A stretch of 64,000 nucleotides of DNA. Origin: Felis catus (taxonomy: Eukaryota). The position numbers and the translations under genes are program-made. Under the pieces are notes generated by a model that was given only the letters and a program-made list of their open reading frames with translations, was not told the origin of the DNA and did not search any database. The stretch covers positions 52,143,815-52,207,814 of the forward strand of contig NC_058368.1 of assembly GCF_018350175.1 (NCBI RefSeq), read 5' to 3'. Positions 61,227-64,000 of this stretch are shown here, piece after piece; positions within the stretch are counted from its first letter, which is position 1, and each line of letters starts with the position of its first letter.

Positions 61227-61535
61227 AATGGAACTGGAGAGTGTTATGCTAAGTGAAATAAGTCATACAGAGAAAGACAGATACCATATGCTTTCACTCT
61301 TATGTGGATCCTGAGAAACTTAACAGAAGACCATGGGGGAGGGGAAGGAAAAAAAAGATTAGAGAGGGAGGGAGGCAAAGCATAAGAGACCCTTAAAAAC
61401 TGAGAATAAACTGAAGGTTGATGGGGGCTGGGAGGGAGGGGAGGGTGGGTGATGGGCATTGAGGAGGGCACCTGTTGGGATGAGCACTGGGTGTTGTATG
61501 GAAACCAATCTGACAATAAATTTCATATTAAAAAA
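61227..61535 (+). mobile_element. young felid L1 3' end (about 310 bp)
   Basis: ATGGAACTGGAGAGTGTTATGCTAAGTGAAATAAGTC...GGAAACCAATCTGACAATAAATTTCATATT, cat L1 3'UTR. Confidence 0.93.
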
Positions 61536-63067
61536 TTTTTTTTTGAAGGAGAAGCCAAGTGTAGTAAGCATTTTATTTTTATAGTTATTTAGGTATATTT
61601 CATGATCATTTACACGATCCAGACGAATGGCTAAGTCTGAAGACTGTAATTTGCCTGAGGGAAACAAAAGTCAATTATCAGTCATTTCTTTAATCTTGTG
61701 GTCATTAGTTAATGTGATTTATCCATAAGAGCATTAATTTATAAAACATTTTAAGAAGCAAAAACGATTTCATTTTTCATAGTGACCATTTTGAAATACG
61801 TAGGCCAAATTCTATTTTAACTTGTATTATTGACTCATAATAAATAAATACTGTGTTGTTCACATTTAACTAAAAAGTGCAAGAAAATCTTTGTTTTGTT
61901 CATGTGAAACAGTTCTATAACTGACAAACTCATCCATTATACTCAAAGTTCAACCGTTGATGCCAAAGTACCTCAAACTAGTTCTTTCTTCAAAAGGTTG
62001 TTCCATAAATATACCTATCATAAAACATAAATAACTCACCAAATTTACATAAATATTTACTTTTCTCTTAGACATAGTTCAATGGGACAACCGTAGATTA
62101 GATGTGAAATGCTTTAAAAAAAAAAAAAACCTTAAAAGTAAAATGTAGTTCACTGTCCCTCAGGATCTCACATTTTAGGGCAGAATCCTCCAGAGTTATT
62201 TGCTGTTATTAAAGTAGCATGTGAACTTTGGAAGAGGTGACATCTTTTAGCAAAGAACATTTCAATGTTGAGATCATGAACTCGAATGCAAACCAATTAA
62301 AACATAATTAAATGTATTTGGCAAGGAAAAAAGGATTTTGGTAAGTAAACAAACAAAATGTTACTGAATCTCATTTTTTACAACTAGCAGACAATTTGAT
62401 TATAGCTATTTGGTAATTTACAACAGGATTTTTCCTCATGATACATTTTGTATACAGTTATAGATAAACCAGAGGATTCTCTAAAGAGCTCCCTAAGAGG
62501 TGGTGGACTCTACTATGAACAGTTTACAAAGTATAGTTTTGATCATTTCTATATAACAGTTTTGGTGATGGAAGTTTTATGTAATCAAATTTTTTACATG
62601 ACTGAAACAATTGTTTAAAAATAGTAACTTGATGTTTGCATTCTACCTTTCCACAAATCATTTTTATTTGGAGGCCGTTAGGCCATTATGCCTAGGGAAG
62701 CAGAGATAGTAGATACTTCCAGGGGAAGAAGATGCCAGAACAATGAGCAGTGACCAAGAAAACCAGTGACACCATCACAGCAGAGGCTCCTTGAGCAGCA
62801 GGGGTTCTCCACTGCTGATCCACAAAGACCCTTCATTTTCCCTATGCTTGGATGAGGTTTTCAGAAGCTTATGAGACTATTGTTTTTTAGGTGGGAGAAG
62901 ATTAGTGTGGAACAATAAAAGGCAAAGAACAAAAAAGGAAAATTCATTCTTAACACTTGTTTGGCTTAATTATTTTAAGGACATTTCATTTTAAATTGAT
63001 AAAAACCTCCATATTTGGGACCAAAAAGTTCCCAAGATAATTTCTATATGCTTTCTCCTTAAACATT

Positions 63068-63297
63068 GTATGTATGTATGTATGTATGTAAGTATGTATG
63101 TATGCATGTATTTTAGAAACGGAAAGAGAGCACGAGTCAGGGGGAGAAGGAGAAGGACAGTGGGGGGGGGAGAGAGAGAGAATCTTAAGCAGGATCCATG
63201 CTCAGCATGGACCCCAATGCGGGGCTCGATCCCACAGCCCTGGGATCATGACCTGAGCTGAGTCAGTGGCTCACCTGACTGAGCCACCCAGGCACCT
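63068..63297 (-). mobile_element. CAN-SINE (older) with (TATG)n tail
   Basis: GAATCTTAAGCAGG...GGGGCTCGATCCCAC...CTGAGCCACCCAGGCACC. Confidence 0.92.
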
Positions 63298-63339
63298 GTT
63301 ATACACTGTATTTAAAACAAACAAACCAAAACCAAAAAA

Positions 63340-64000
63340 CAAGCCAGTATTTTTTCTCTTTGGAATTGAATTTAGGTCTTTTTTATGTTCCATGTTTCTC
63401 CTAAACATGCTTATGGTTTCCTCTATTCTCTGGAACATACAAACAATACTTGTAACAACTTGTGATAACTCATAATTGTCTACAAATTCTATCAACTATG
63501 CCAATCCTGGATCTTGTTCAATTAATGGATTTTTCTCCTCATTCTGGGACATACATGCCTGCTTCTTTGCTTGCCTATAATTTTTTATCAGATTTTTAAG
63601 TTACTTGGAAAGAGTTTTATCTTTCCAAGGATTGCGTTTAAGCTTTGTCTGGCAGGTTCAGAGACATATTAATTTAGGACTGATTTTTTTCCCCCATTGC
63701 TAAGGCAATATCTGAGTATTCTGTACTCCATAAATTATGAGGTTTTTCTACTCTGGCATGTGGAATCAAACTATTCCTAGTCTGTGTGGGTTCCAAAGAT
63801 GGTTTTGCCTATTTATTTTTAGTGGTTCTTTCCCACAGCAGGGGAAAATCTCTATAGGTCCCTGGAGCTCTCTCTCATTGTCTTTCTCTCATCTTTGGTA
63901 CTCAGCCCTGCAAACTCTAGTCTTCTTGGACTTCCTGGACTCCCCATTCCATCTCTACTCAGAAAGACCATAGGGCCCCATCTATATTTCCTTTTCCTGT
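63340..64000 (-). mobile_element. old L1M 5' region fragment
   Basis: Antisense resemblance to the L1M 5'UTR at 29200-29950 (e.g. CCTGGAGCTCTCTCTC, TGAGGTTTTTCTACTCTGGC). Confidence 0.65.

Overview
Mammalian, repeat-rich, CpG-poor, apparently non-coding DNA from a carnivore, most likely a felid. About 34 tRNA-derived CAN-SINEs are present, many of the cat SINEC_Fc type, along with a cat-type L1 3' end. I find no protein-coding gene, RNA gene, CRISPR array or CpG island that I can support. Most of the longer ORFs in the six-frame track are chance read-throughs of SINEs, LTRs or LINEs. The window is a layered record of transposons: ancient CR1/L3, L2 and MIR; MaLR/ERVL/ERV1 LTRs; MER20 and Tigger DNA transposons; old L1M; and young carnivore L1 and SINEs. 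Several repeat-free islands carry developmental or nuclear-receptor-type motifs, which suggests a large intron or gene desert with enhancers. I did not find a convincing new biological system. The best leads are: a possible unannotated + strand micro-exon chain (6117-6178, 6578-6602, 10931 onward); a four-level nested insertion (L3 > MER21 LTR > Tigger2 > SINE); two SINEs at one target site giving a triplicated TSD; a divergent pair of solo LTRs with promoter motifs; an LTR with a primer-binding-site stub; very young SINEs; and several small template-switch inversions. Repeat family names come from my recall of consensus sequences, not from a database search, and the boundaries of old repeats are approximate.
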